Below, piece after piece: positions 19,213 to 29,000 of a stretch of DNA of 64,000 bases; positions within the stretch are counted from its first letter, which is position 1, and the number at the start of each line of letters is the position of its first letter. The DNA is from an uncultured Candidatus Binatia bacterium (GTDB lineage Bacteria > Desulfobacterota > Binatia > UBA9968 > JAJDTQ01), in assembly GCA_964291295.2 (NCBI GenBank), contig OZ219754.1:3040001-3104000 (forward strand), in the 5' to 3' direction. The position numbers and the translations under genes were made by a program. The notes under the pieces were generated by a model, which worked only from the letters and a program-made list of their open reading frames with translations, did not search any database and had not been told where the DNA came from.

Positions 19213-19793
19213 TTCTTGCCTCCCGTACCGGGCCTGCTGACTTCCGCATCGTGCAAGAGCCATGTGACAGGGCACAGTACGATACGAAGCACATCTCCCG
19301 AGCAGTCCTTGCCCTCATATACCCCAAGGGAGATCTCGAAAAAAGGTCCCTCGTCCTCTCCGTGACTCGTGCCTCCAGGACCATCCGAAGCCGCAGGGAA
19401 AAGTCGGCGCAATTCACAATCACCCGGAATCACCGCCCGATTCGTCAAGCAATCTCAGTGTGGGTTTGAGCGCGGGATTGTCCGGTCGCACGGCCAAGTG
19501 CATCTTGACATCGGCATCGTGGCATTGCATCGTGGTCGCCTCATGATGGCTCGTGGCCTGCCCGTGCGATTCAATCTTCAGGTGAACTTGGCAGTTCATC
19601 CCGGGTCTTGAGCGGCGCTGTCCGTGAGTGCCGCCTCGGTGGCCCGAAGGTTCAGGGACCACAAGACCAGGGACCACGCTGATTCCGCGTGCGCAGCGGT
19701 GGGCGCCGTGCGTCGGACGGACTTCATTCGAACAGGGTCAAGCCGATTTCCCGGCTTATGCCGGAGCCACCCCGCTTCGCAAAGGAACAACCC

Positions 19794-20498
19794 ATGAACC
19801 GAACTGTCGGATACCGGCGCGCCGGCGCCGCGGAGCAGCCGCCGCATCTCCATCCGGAATACCGATCCACCGCCCTGAGAGCACCCCGACGGCCGCTCGT
19901 TCCCCTGCCCCATACGCTGTCGGAGATCACCGGACCTGTCTACGGACACGAGAAGGCGGGGCCGCTGGATCACGACCTCACACGGCAGCATGAGGGCGAG
20001 CCGCTGGGAGAGCGGATCATCGTGCGGGGCCACGTCGTGGACTCGAACGGCAGGCCCTTGCCCGACGCGCTCATGGAGATCTGGCAGGCCAACGCGGCCG
20101 GCCGCTACCGCCACGAGAGCGACAACCACCCGGCCCCCATCGACCCCAACTTCAGCGGCGGCGGCCGGTGTACCACCGACGCGGCCGGCCGCTACCGCTT
20201 CGTGACCATCAAGCCCGCCGCCTATCCCTGGGGCAACCACCCCAACGCATGGCGGCCGGCGCACATCCACTTCTCACTCTTCGGCACAGCCTTCGCCACG
20301 CGGTTGATCACGCAGATGTACTTTCCCGGAGACCCGCTGCTGGCCTGCGACCCGATCTTCAACTCCATTCCCGACCCCGGAGCGAGGGATCGGCTGGTGT
20401 GCCGCCTCGACCTGGAGCACACCGAACCCGAATGGGCGCTGGCCTACGAGTTCGACATCGTGCTGCGTGGACGGGATGCGACCCCGGTGGAGGGTTGA
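19794..20498 (+). CDS. pcaH: Protocatechuate 3,4-dioxygenase beta subunit
   Basis: TLSEITGP, EIWQANAAGRYRH, YPWGNHPNAWRPAHIHFS (Fe ligands). Confidence 0.95.
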   Translation: MNRTVGYRRAGAAEQPPHLHPEYRSTALRAPRRPLVPLPHTLSEITGPVYGHEKAGPLDHDLTRQHEGEPLGERIIVRGHVVDSNGRPLPDALMEIWQANAAGRYRHESDNHPAPIDPNFSGGGRCTTDAAGRYRFVTIKPAAYPWGNHPNAWRPAHIHFSLFGTAFATRLITQMYFPGDPLLACDPIFNSIPDPGARDRLVCRLDLEHTEPEWALAYEFDIVLRGRDATPVEG

Positions 20499-20502
20499 GG
20501 GA

Positions 20503-21087
20503 ATGGCGGCGCGGCGCGGCATAACTCCGTCCCAGACCATCGGACCGTTCCACCGAATCATGCGCCCCTGGGAAGGCGGCGCCCAACTGGCGGCGCCGGA
20601 CGCCGCCGGCGCCATCCGCGTTCAGGGGCGCGTCCTGGACGGTGCGGGAGAGCCGGTGGACGACTCCGTCATTGAGGTCTGGCAGGCCAACATCCACGGC
20701 CGTCATGCCCACGTCGAGGACACCCGCGAGGCGCCGCTGGTGCCGGGATTCGACGGCTTCGGCCGGACCATCACCGACCGGGCGGGCGGCTTCACCATCG
20801 TGACGGTGAAGCCCGGATGCGTCCCCGGACCCGGAGACACCGTACAGGCGCCGCACCTTTCCGTTGCCGTGTTCGCCCGCGGCCTGCTGAAGCACCTGAT
20901 GACGCGGATCTATTTTTCGGACGAGGCCGCGGCCAACGAGCACGACCCGGTGCTGCGGTCGATCCGGGATGCCGGGCGCCGGAAGACGCTGGTGGCCATC
21001 AGGCGGGAAGGCGCCGGGGGGGCGCCTGTCTACGAGTTGGACATCCACCTGCAGGGCTCCCGGGAGACCGTCTTCTTCGACGTATAG
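20503..21087 (+). CDS. pcaG: Protocatechuate 3,4-dioxygenase alpha subunit
   Basis: TPSQTIGPF, EVWQAN, TVKPG, QAPH, FARGLL, DIHLQG..ETVFFD. Confidence 0.94.
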   Translation: MAARRGITPSQTIGPFHRIMRPWEGGAQLAAPDAAGAIRVQGRVLDGAGEPVDDSVIEVWQANIHGRHAHVEDTREAPLVPGFDGFGRTITDRAGGFTIVTVKPGCVPGPGDTVQAPHLSVAVFARGLLKHLMTRIYFSDEAAANEHDPVLRSIRDAGRRKTLVAIRREGAGGAPVYELDIHLQGSRETVFFDV

Positions 21088-21169
21088 GAGCCTGCGCGGT
21101 GCCGGGACCGCCACCGGCGGGGGTGTCCCGGCAGGCGCCTTCCGTCCCCTGGCGCGGAGAGGTTGGAGG

Positions 21170-22984
21170 TTACTTCTTCCGGGTCATCCCCGCCCGCTGA
21201 TCCACGCCGGTCTCGGCATATCCCGGCTCCACCAGCGCGTCGATGACGTAGCGGCCGCCCCGGGCCACCACCTTGGCGCCGCGTTCCAATGCGGCGGCCA
21301 GCTCCTCGGACGTGGACACGGGGTCCTCGCCGTCGAAGCCCTGGGCGCGGCCCATGGCGATGAGATCCACCGGGGGGTCGTCGAGCCGCTGGCCGATCCA
21401 GCGGTTCTCCACCGGGCGCTTGCGCATCTTCGCCACCCGTTCCTGGTGCATCTCGTCGTTGTAGTAGGAACGGTTGTCCGCGATGACGATGAGCAGCGGC
21501 AGGTCCATGTGCGTGGCGGTCCAGAGCGCGTTGCAGCCCATCAGGTAGTCGCCGTCGCCCAACACCCCCACCACCAGCCGGCCCTTGCCCTTGAGCGCCA
21601 GCGCCGTCCCCACCGCATGGCCGGGCCCGCTGCCCACGCCGCCGCCGCCGTCGTTGCCCATGAAAGAGAGCGGACCGCCGTGCTCGGCTCCCTCGCCGGG
21701 CCAGCCGATGGGCAGGCGCGCGAAGCTGACCGTTCGGCCGCGGGCGAACTCGCGTACGGTCAGCGCCATGTCCATGAGCGTCATGGGGCTGCCCCGCCTC
21801 GGCTGCGCCCGGCCGGTGGGTGTGCGCGTCCAGTGGGCGATGTTCTTCAAACCCGCCGCCGGGCGACCGCGGCCGAAGCCGTCCAGCAGTTGCTCCACGA
21901 ACACGTCCGGGGTGGCCGCCACCGGCACGTCCACCGCCGGCAGCGCCTGGTGATCCATGCTCCAGCCGTTGGTGCGGTAGGTGTCCATGGAAACGTGGAT
22001 GATGGTCTTGTCAGCCGGTGCCTGGGTCTGCGACGCCCCCAGACAGCCCCGGAGGAAGCCGGCCAGGTCCAGCCAGTCCAGGCTCAGGATGACGTCGGCC
22101 TTCTTGACCAGCGCCGTCGCCTGTTTGGACGGCCGCAGTCCCGGCGGGGCCAGATGCAGCGGGTGCGTGGTGGGAAAGGAGGACGGATCGTTGGAACTGG
22201 TCAGCACCGGCGCGTTCAGGGCCTCGGCCAACCGCACCCGGCGCTGCCAGTCGGCCTTGCTCCGGGACACGCGCCCCATGAGAACCACCGGGAACCTGGC
22301 CTTCTTGAGCAGCGCCCGGGCGCGCCGGACCGTGGCCGCCGGCGCGCAGGGCGGATCGGCCGGAGCAAAACGGGCCGCATCCGGGATCGCCACCTCCGCG
22401 GCCAGCGGTTCCTCCTGAAGGCCCACGTCAAGGCAGACGTAGGTCGGGCCGCAGGGTGCGGTGCGCGCCATCTGGTTGGCCCGCAGCACGGATTCCACCG
22501 CGGCCCGGGGCGAGGCGGGCTGGTCGTCCCACTTGGTGTAGTTGCGGATGATCGCGCCCTGGTCCGCGGCGGTATGGATCCAGTCGATCCAGGGGCGCCG
22601 GCGGTCGGCGTCCACCGGACCGGTGGCGCCGAAGATCACCATGGGCGTCCGGTCGCACCAGGCATTGAAGATGGCCATGGCGGCATGCATCAGCCCCACG
22701 TTGGAGTGGAGCGCCACTGCCATGGGCTCGTCCAGGGCCTTGGCGTATCCGTCCGCGATGGACACCGCATGCTCCTCGTGCAGGCAGGTGACCATCTGCG
22801 GGTTCTCGTTCCCCAGATAGTTCACCAGGCTGTCGTGGAAACCCCGATAACTCGCTCCCGGCACCAAGGCGATGTACTTGAGGTCCAGCGTGCGGGCCAC
22901 CGCGGCCACCGCGTCGCTGCCCCAACGCATCTTCGGTTGACCGAGATGCGAGGGCCGATGTTTCGGGGTCGTTCGTCTTGCCAC
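21170..22984 (-). CDS. Thiamine-diphosphate-dependent enzyme (ALS/benzoylformate decarboxylase-like)
   Basis: PGASYRGFHDS, CLHEEHAV (catalytic Glu), GDGD...DN ThDP motif; GTG start with RBS. Confidence 0.87.
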   Translation of the reverse strand: MARRTTPKHRPSHLGQPKMRWGSDAVAAVARTLDLKYIALVPGASYRGFHDSLVNYLGNENPQMVTCLHEEHAVSIADGYAKALDEPMAVALHSNVGLMHAAMAIFNAWCDRTPMVIFGATGPVDADRRRPWIDWIHTAADQGAIIRNYTKWDDQPASPRAAVESVLRANQMARTAPCGPTYVCLDVGLQEEPLAAEVAIPDAARFAPADPPCAPAATVRRARALLKKARFPVVLMGRVSRSKADWQRRVRLAEALNAPVLTSSNDPSSFPTTHPLHLAPPGLRPSKQATALVKKADVILSLDWLDLAGFLRGCLGASQTQAPADKTIIHVSMDTYRTNGWSMDHQALPAVDVPVAATPDVFVEQLLDGFGRGRPAAGLKNIAHWTRTPTGRAQPRRGSPMTLMDMALTVREFARGRTVSFARLPIGWPGEGAEHGGPLSFMGNDGGGGVGSGPGHAVGTALALKGKGRLVVGVLGDGDYLMGCNALWTATHMDLPLLIVIADNRSYYNDEMHQERVAKMRKRPVENRWIGQRLDDPPVDLIAMGRAQGFDGEDPVSTSEELAAALERGAKVVARGGRYVIDALVEPGYAETGVDQRAGMTRKK

Positions 22985-23108
22985 AGTCTCTTCCTTTCTC
23001 CGTATGGGACAGCGCGGCATCACCGCCTCGGGTTCGAGCCATCATCGTGTCCCGGGCGCTGGAATGTCAAGGTGCGGCCGGTGCCGAAGACACGCGCGCG
23101 ACCTCCCT

Positions 23109-24692
23109 TCATGGGGACGCGGGCTGACGCCGGGAAGCCGCGAACGCCTGTCGATCCTTGACACCGGTGGACAGACCCTCTTCCCGGAGCAGGTTCTTCT
23201 GCACCTTGGAACTGGGGGTTTTCCGCAAATCCTGCCGGTAGTCGAGATAACGCGGAACCTTGAACGGGGCCAGGTGGTCGGCGCAGAACTCCCAGAGCCG
23301 CTCGGGCGGCAGATCCTCCGTGGAAGCCCCTTCCACCAGCACGACGCACGCCTTGACCTCTTCCTGGCGGATCGGATCCGCCACCGCCACCACCGCCGAC
23401 TCGGCGATGAGCGGATGGGTGTTGAGCACCCGCTCCACCTCGGCCGACGCGATGTTCTCCCCGCTCCGCTTGATCATGTCCTTCTTGCGGTCCACGAAGT
23501 ACAGAAAACCATCCTCGTCCAGACAGCCGAGATCGCCGGTGTGCAGCCAACCGTCCCGAAGGACCGCGGCCGTGGCTTCCGGATCCTTGTAGTAGCCCAT
23601 CATCACCGCCGGGCTCTGCTTGACGATCTCGCCGAGCTTGCCGGGCGGGGCACTCTCTCCTTCTTCGTCGCAGATGCGCAGCCGGTGCACCTCCGGAGCG
23701 ATGGCCACGCCGCAACTGCCGAGCTTCCGTCCGGACACGTCCAACGGACCGATGACGCTCAGGAGATCCTCCGTGAGGCTGTACGAGGGGATGGCGGTGA
23801 CGCCGAAGCGGCGCTCGAACTCCAGGTGCACGTCCGGCGGCAACAGCGCCATCACCTGCCGCAGTGGCGTGTCCGCGTCCGCCGGATCCGGCGGCAGGTT
23901 GAGCAGAATCCGCGGAATCGTCTGCATGATGCTCGACGTGGTGATGCCGTGGGTCTTGACGTCGTGCCAGAAACGGGACGCGCTGAACCGTTCCTGCAGC
24001 ACCACCGTTCCTCCCACCGACATCATCGCGATGCTCATGTGGCAGAGGGCGTTCACGTGGAACAGCGGCATCACCACCAGTACCCGGTCGTCCGCCGTCC
24101 ACCCCAGCGCCCGGGCCCGGCGGCTCGGGGCGAAGGCAAAGGCGGAGTGCGCCAGCATGACGCCCTTGGGGCGGTCGGTGGTGCCGGAGGTGTAGATGAT
24201 GGAGGCGAGGGCATCGGAGGATACGTCCGGAAGCGGCGCGTCGCCGCCGCTTCCGGTGAAGGTTTCCCACCCGATGGTTCCGTCGGCACCGGCATCGAGC
24301 GTGATCACGTGCTCCAGTTCGGGGCAGTCACCACCGATGCCCTCGATCACCGGCAGGAACGCATCCGTGGTCAGGAGGCAGTGCGCCTCGGAGTGGGCCA
24401 GCAGGTATTGAAGCTCATCGGCGGTCTGCGCGGTGTTGAGGGGAACGAAGACGCCGCCCGTGCGCGCCATGGCGAACACCGCCCAGAGAAACTCCGGGCA
24501 GTTGGGCAACAACAGCGCCACTTTCCGGCCCGGCCGAAGCGGCAGAGCGGCGAAGGCCCGCGCCACCCGCTCCACCTGCGCGGCGAACTCCGCATAGCTC
24601 CAGCGCCGGTCCTGGTGGACGAGGCAGAGGGCGTCGGGCCGCCTTTCGACCTGATCCGACAGCAGCCACCGCAGGGTCGCGCAGGCACTCAT
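23109..24692 (-). CDS. AMP-dependent acyl-CoA ligase (CaiC-like)
   Basis: IIYTSGTTDRPKG, PLFHVNA, GWLHTGDLG, DRKKDMIKRSGENI, PFKVP. Confidence 0.9.
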   Translation of the reverse strand: MSACATLRWLLSDQVERRPDALCLVHQDRRWSYAEFAAQVERVARAFAALPLRPGRKVALLLPNCPEFLWAVFAMARTGGVFVPLNTAQTADELQYLLAHSEAHCLLTTDAFLPVIEGIGGDCPELEHVITLDAGADGTIGWETFTGSGGDAPLPDVSSDALASIIYTSGTTDRPKGVMLAHSAFAFAPSRRARALGWTADDRVLVVMPLFHVNALCHMSIAMMSVGGTVVLQERFSASRFWHDVKTHGITTSSIMQTIPRILLNLPPDPADADTPLRQVMALLPPDVHLEFERRFGVTAIPSYSLTEDLLSVIGPLDVSGRKLGSCGVAIAPEVHRLRICDEEGESAPPGKLGEIVKQSPAVMMGYYKDPEATAAVLRDGWLHTGDLGCLDEDGFLYFVDRKKDMIKRSGENIASAEVERVLNTHPLIAESAVVAVADPIRQEEVKACVVLVEGASTEDLPPERLWEFCADHLAPFKVPRYLDYRQDLRKTPSSKVQKNLLREEGLSTGVKDRQAFAASRRQPASP

Positions 24693-24727
24693 GGACGGGA
24701 CTCACCATAGACCAAGGTCACGGCCGG

Positions 24728-24737
24728 TGCAATCGAA
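24728..24737. repeat. Left target-site duplication TGCAATCGAA
   Basis: 9/10 identical to 33369-33378 (TGCAATCGGA); each copy abuts an IS terminal inverted repeat. Confidence 0.75.
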
Positions 24738-25093
24738 CAGGACTTTCCCATGCTGGGGGTTGTGTCGGGATAAGGGCGGGGCGGAAAGGTGCATGGCGCC
24801 ATCCTGGCGGTTGTGGGTGCAGGGGGAATGTCGAGGGATGAGGGCCGGCGGGGTGGGCGGAGGACGGGTCTGGGCGGTCGGGTGGTCTGGGGGGTGGTTG
24901 GGGCTGGGGTCCCGGGACGGCGGTCGCCGGGTCTGGGCGGCGAAGGCCTGGCCGCGGTCGAGTTGCAGCCGCCGGCGGGTTTCGGCGAAGCTCTCGGGGG
25001 CGCGCCGGTTGGTGAAGATCACCCCGAGCGCGAGGCGGGTGCGGGTGGCCGCTCCGTGTCCGATGCCGGTCAGGCAGGCTCCTCGCCGAAGAC
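24738..25093 (-). mobile_element. Truncated 3' end of an ISAs1-family element
   Basis: Aligns by eye with 31738-32077: same CAGGACTTTCCCATG terminus, and ACLTGIGHG...VIFT.RR..ESF.ETRRRLQLDRGQAFAA on the minus strand. Confidence 0.75.
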
Positions 25094-25931
25094 CCAGGGA
25101 AAGATTCTGGCCGACGTGAGGGTGTTGCGCACCGCCGGCGGCTTTCTGCGGGAGGTGGACGAACCCCTCGCACCAGGTGTGCTGGAACACCTCCAGCGCC
25201 ACCGGATGGCGGACCAGGTGGCGATTGTAGGTGGAGATTGTCGAGCTTTCGGGCGAGCTGGCCATGATCTCCATCCAGGGACCGGCTTCGGAAACTCGCC
25301 TCTCAGGGCTGCTGGACGCCGCTGTGTTGCCAGCGGAAGAACGGGGCCACCGGGAGAGGGTCTGTGCCGGAAGCCGGATCCGGGCGGTGCGCGCGACGCA
25401 TACGGGGGAGCCCGGTTTCGACCTGCGGGTACCCCGGGATCGGCGGCCGGCCATGATGGCCATGCCGCGCGCGCCGGCCATCCCCTGGATCGGCCTGAGC
25501 GCCAGGGAGACTCTGCGCATCGAGGCCGGGGTCCCCCGGTACGGGGTCGACATGGACGCCGACACGCTGCTGCTGGAAACCGCTCTCCAGCAAGCCGTCC
25601 GCTTCACCAAAGGATGCGATCCGGGACAGGAGACGGTGGAGCGCATTCACTCCCGAGGCCACGTGAACCGCCGGCTGGTGGGGCTCACGACATCGTACCC
25701 CACCCCCGAGACACCCTGCGCGACATGGGCCGCATCATCAGCGCGTCAGCCTCGCCGCGGCTCGGTTGCCTCATCGCCCCGGGATACCTCCACCGGGATT
25801 ACGTCGAGCCTGGCAGCCGGGTCACCATCGGAAACGGAGACCTGGCGGTCCACGCCTGCCCTTCCGATCCGCCGCGGCGGAACCTCTCCGGTGCCGGGGA
25901 AGAAACTCCATCAAGCAGGAAACTCCATTGA
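25094..25931 (+). pseudogene. ygfZ: YgfZ/GcvT-family folate-binding protein pseudogene (5'-truncated, frameshifted)
   Basis: QGKILADVRV in one frame, then LRIEAGVPRYG...FTKGCDPGQETVERIHSRGHVNRRLVGL in a second, then SPRLG..IAPGYL back in the first; signature KGCYxGQE appears as KGCDPGQE. Confidence 0.8.
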
Positions 25932-26069
25932 ACCGGATCGGGGCGGCGCTCGCATTCCCGCTCCGGCCCGGGGGAACCTGGATTCCACCACCAAGGTCAG
26001 GCTTCCGCCGCTGATCGGCCGCGGCCGCGGCGAAATCCCCTCCCTCCAGCCACGGGTCGGTCGCGATCC

Positions 26070-29000
26070 TCACCAGCACAGCGCACCGCGCAGCATGAGG
26101 CCCTGCTCGCCGTTGGTCCAGGGCCGGCTTGTGCCCTCGATTCCCAGGGCGACCCCCGAGCCCAGGCGGTAGCGCGCGCCCAGGCGCAGCGTGCGCTCGC
26201 CCGACTCCGCCAGGCTGAGCCCGGCATAAGGCGTCAGCAGCGCCGGGCCGGCGATGCCGATGCCGTGCCCCAGCTCCGCCTCCAGACGGCTCTCCTCCGC
26301 CCCCGCCCCGCTGTCCGTGGCCAGGCCGTAGTCGAACAACCCCCCCACACCGCTTGCCGTGCGACCGTGGGCCGGGCCGAAGCTCAGATAGCTCCCCCGA
26401 CCGTCCGCCCCGGGGTCCAGGATCACCAGGGCGCTCACGCCCCATTCCTTCCGGTCCCGCTCGTGCACCGCCAGCATCCGGGCGCGCAACTCCGCGGTCA
26501 GACGGGCACCCGGGTCGCGCCAGATCACGCCGGCCCCCACCTCCACCCCGCCGCCCTGCCCAACGTCGCCGTCGTCATGACGCACGCCCACTTCCAGCGC
26601 CGGCGTCAGCGTCGCATCGCCCCCGACCCGGTGCTCCCACGACCCCTCCAGCATCAGCCGCAGTCGGCTCGCCTTCACCGTCAACTCCCTCAGACCGTCG
26701 CTGGCCTCCGTGCCCAGTTGGACCAGGGAGCCCTCCCCCTTCACCGCCACTCGCGTGGTGCCCCCGGCAATGATCTCCGTATCCTCCATCAGAACCCCGC
26801 GCCCGCCCGCGGCCCCACTCCATTGCGACAGGTCCGCCGTGCGCGCCGCCGCTCCCGCCTCGGCGATCCGCACCTCGCCCCTCCCGTAACCCGCGCTGGC
26901 CCACAGCGTCGTGCCGTCCGCACGCAGCCACGCCAGATACGGATTCACCGACACCACCCGGCTCTCGTGCCTGCTTTTCGTCCGGTCGCCCCTCTTCGAC
27001 ACCGCATCCACCTTGCCCTTCGCATACGACACCGCCGCCCCCGCCAGCAGGTCCGGGCGAACCCGAACGTCCGCCCCCAGATACCCCGACCACAGCCCGC
27101 CCTCCCAGGAAAGATCCCGCTCCGAACCCGACAGCGACCGCCACTCGCCCACTCCCCACAACGCCGGCACCGCCGCCCCTCCCGCCCCCGAAGCACCCAG
27201 CGGCAGCGCGAAGGAGGCCCCGTCCAGCATCTCCCGCAGGCCCGGTCCCCCTTGCCCCGGGTCTCCCAAGCCAACCCACTTCTCCTCCACCGCCTTCCCC
27301 GGCGCCGCTCCGAAGCGCACCGCACCGCCCACACCGCCATCCGACACCGCTTCGATCCGCCTCGTCACCGCCTCCAGCGTCTGCGACAGCGCCATCGCCG
27401 CCACCTGCGGCAGGATCGCACGGTTCACCCGATCCGCCCCCTCCGACGAACCCTCTTCCAGAACTCCCTCCGCCTCCGCATCCACCCCCACCGCATAACC
27501 ATCCGCCGCGTTCAGCGTGATGCCGTACGACTCCCGGCCTTCCACCTCTCCATCCGTGCGGGTGGGGATCATCACCAAACCCCTCCGGCTCGCCGTGGCG
27601 CCGAACACCGCATCCAACGAACGCGGCCCCAGTCCCCCCGGAAGGTCCTCCGCATCGAAGCCGCTGCCGTCGCGCGCCGCCAGCGTCAGGCTCACCGTCA
27701 GATTGCCCGTCAGCGCACGGTCCGAGGTCACCACAAGGCGGATGTCCTCCCCCTCGCTCACCGCCGCCGGGTCCGTCTCCAGACTCAGCACCGGCGTCGT
27801 GTCCCTCACCCGCACCACCACCGAGGCGATGCTCACCGAATCATAGCCCCCGCCCCTCGCTCCGTGCGTCAGCGTCGCCCTGTCGTCCGCCGTGTCCGCG
27901 TCACGAGCCGCGCTCACCGTCACCCCCTGCGCTTCGCTCCAGTTCGACACCGTGAAGCTCAGGCGCCGCGGCACCACCGTCACCTCCCCCGATGCCCCGC
28001 CCACCGTCACCGTCACCGTCCCCGCGGGCTCCGCACCCAGCACCACCGTGTAACTCCCGGTGCCGCCCTCCTCCACCGTCAGCGCCGCCGGCGTCACCCG
28101 CACGCTCCCGCCCGCCGCGGGAGGCGCAGGCGGCGTCGGCGTTGTCCCGGGAGGCGTGGATGGCGGCGTGGCGCCCGTCGGCGTCGCGCTCACCGGCGCA
28201 TCCGGGCCAGCGCCGTTGCCGGCACCGTTCACCGCGCGCACCTCGAACTGATACGCGGTGCCGTTGGTCAGCCCGCTCACCTCGTAGCTTGTGGTGCTCG
28301 CTCCGGAGCCCCCGATGTCCGTCCAATCGCCCCAGGCCCCGCCGCCGGCCTTCCGCCGGTATTGCCACTTCGTGATGGTCGGATTGCCCGCGTCCGTCCA
28401 GCTCAGCGTCACCGAACCGTCCCCCGCCGCCGCCGCCAAGCCCGTCGGCTTCGCCGGCACCACGCCGCTCTCCGTCACGCTCACCACCACCGAGGCGATG
28501 CTCACCGAGCCGTAGCCGCCCCCCGAGGCCCTGTGGGTCAGCGTCACGGCGTCGTCCGGCGTCGTGTCCAGGTCCGTCCCCGCGCTCACCATCACCGTCT
28601 GCGGCATGTTCCAGTTGCCCGTGGTGAAGGTCAGCGTCGCATTCGCCACCGTCACGTCCCCCGACATGCCCGACACCGTTATCGTCACATCGCTCGACGG
28701 CGCCGTGTTCAGCCGCATCGTGTAGGCGCCGCTGCCGCCCTCCGCCACCGTCAGCGCCGCCGTCGACACCGTCACCCCCGGCGCATCCGCCACCGTCACG
28801 TCCACCGTGCCCGCATTCGGTATCGCATCCACCGTGGCCCCCGTCAGCCGAAAGGCGTGGTTGATGGTCGCCGTGCCGTTCTTGACCCCGGTCACCGTCA
28901 CATCCTGCGCCGTGCTGTAGTTGTCCACGGTAAACGTCAGACTCGGCGGACTCACCGTCGCCGTGTCCGTGTCGTCGCTCTTGACCGACAGCGTCCCCGC

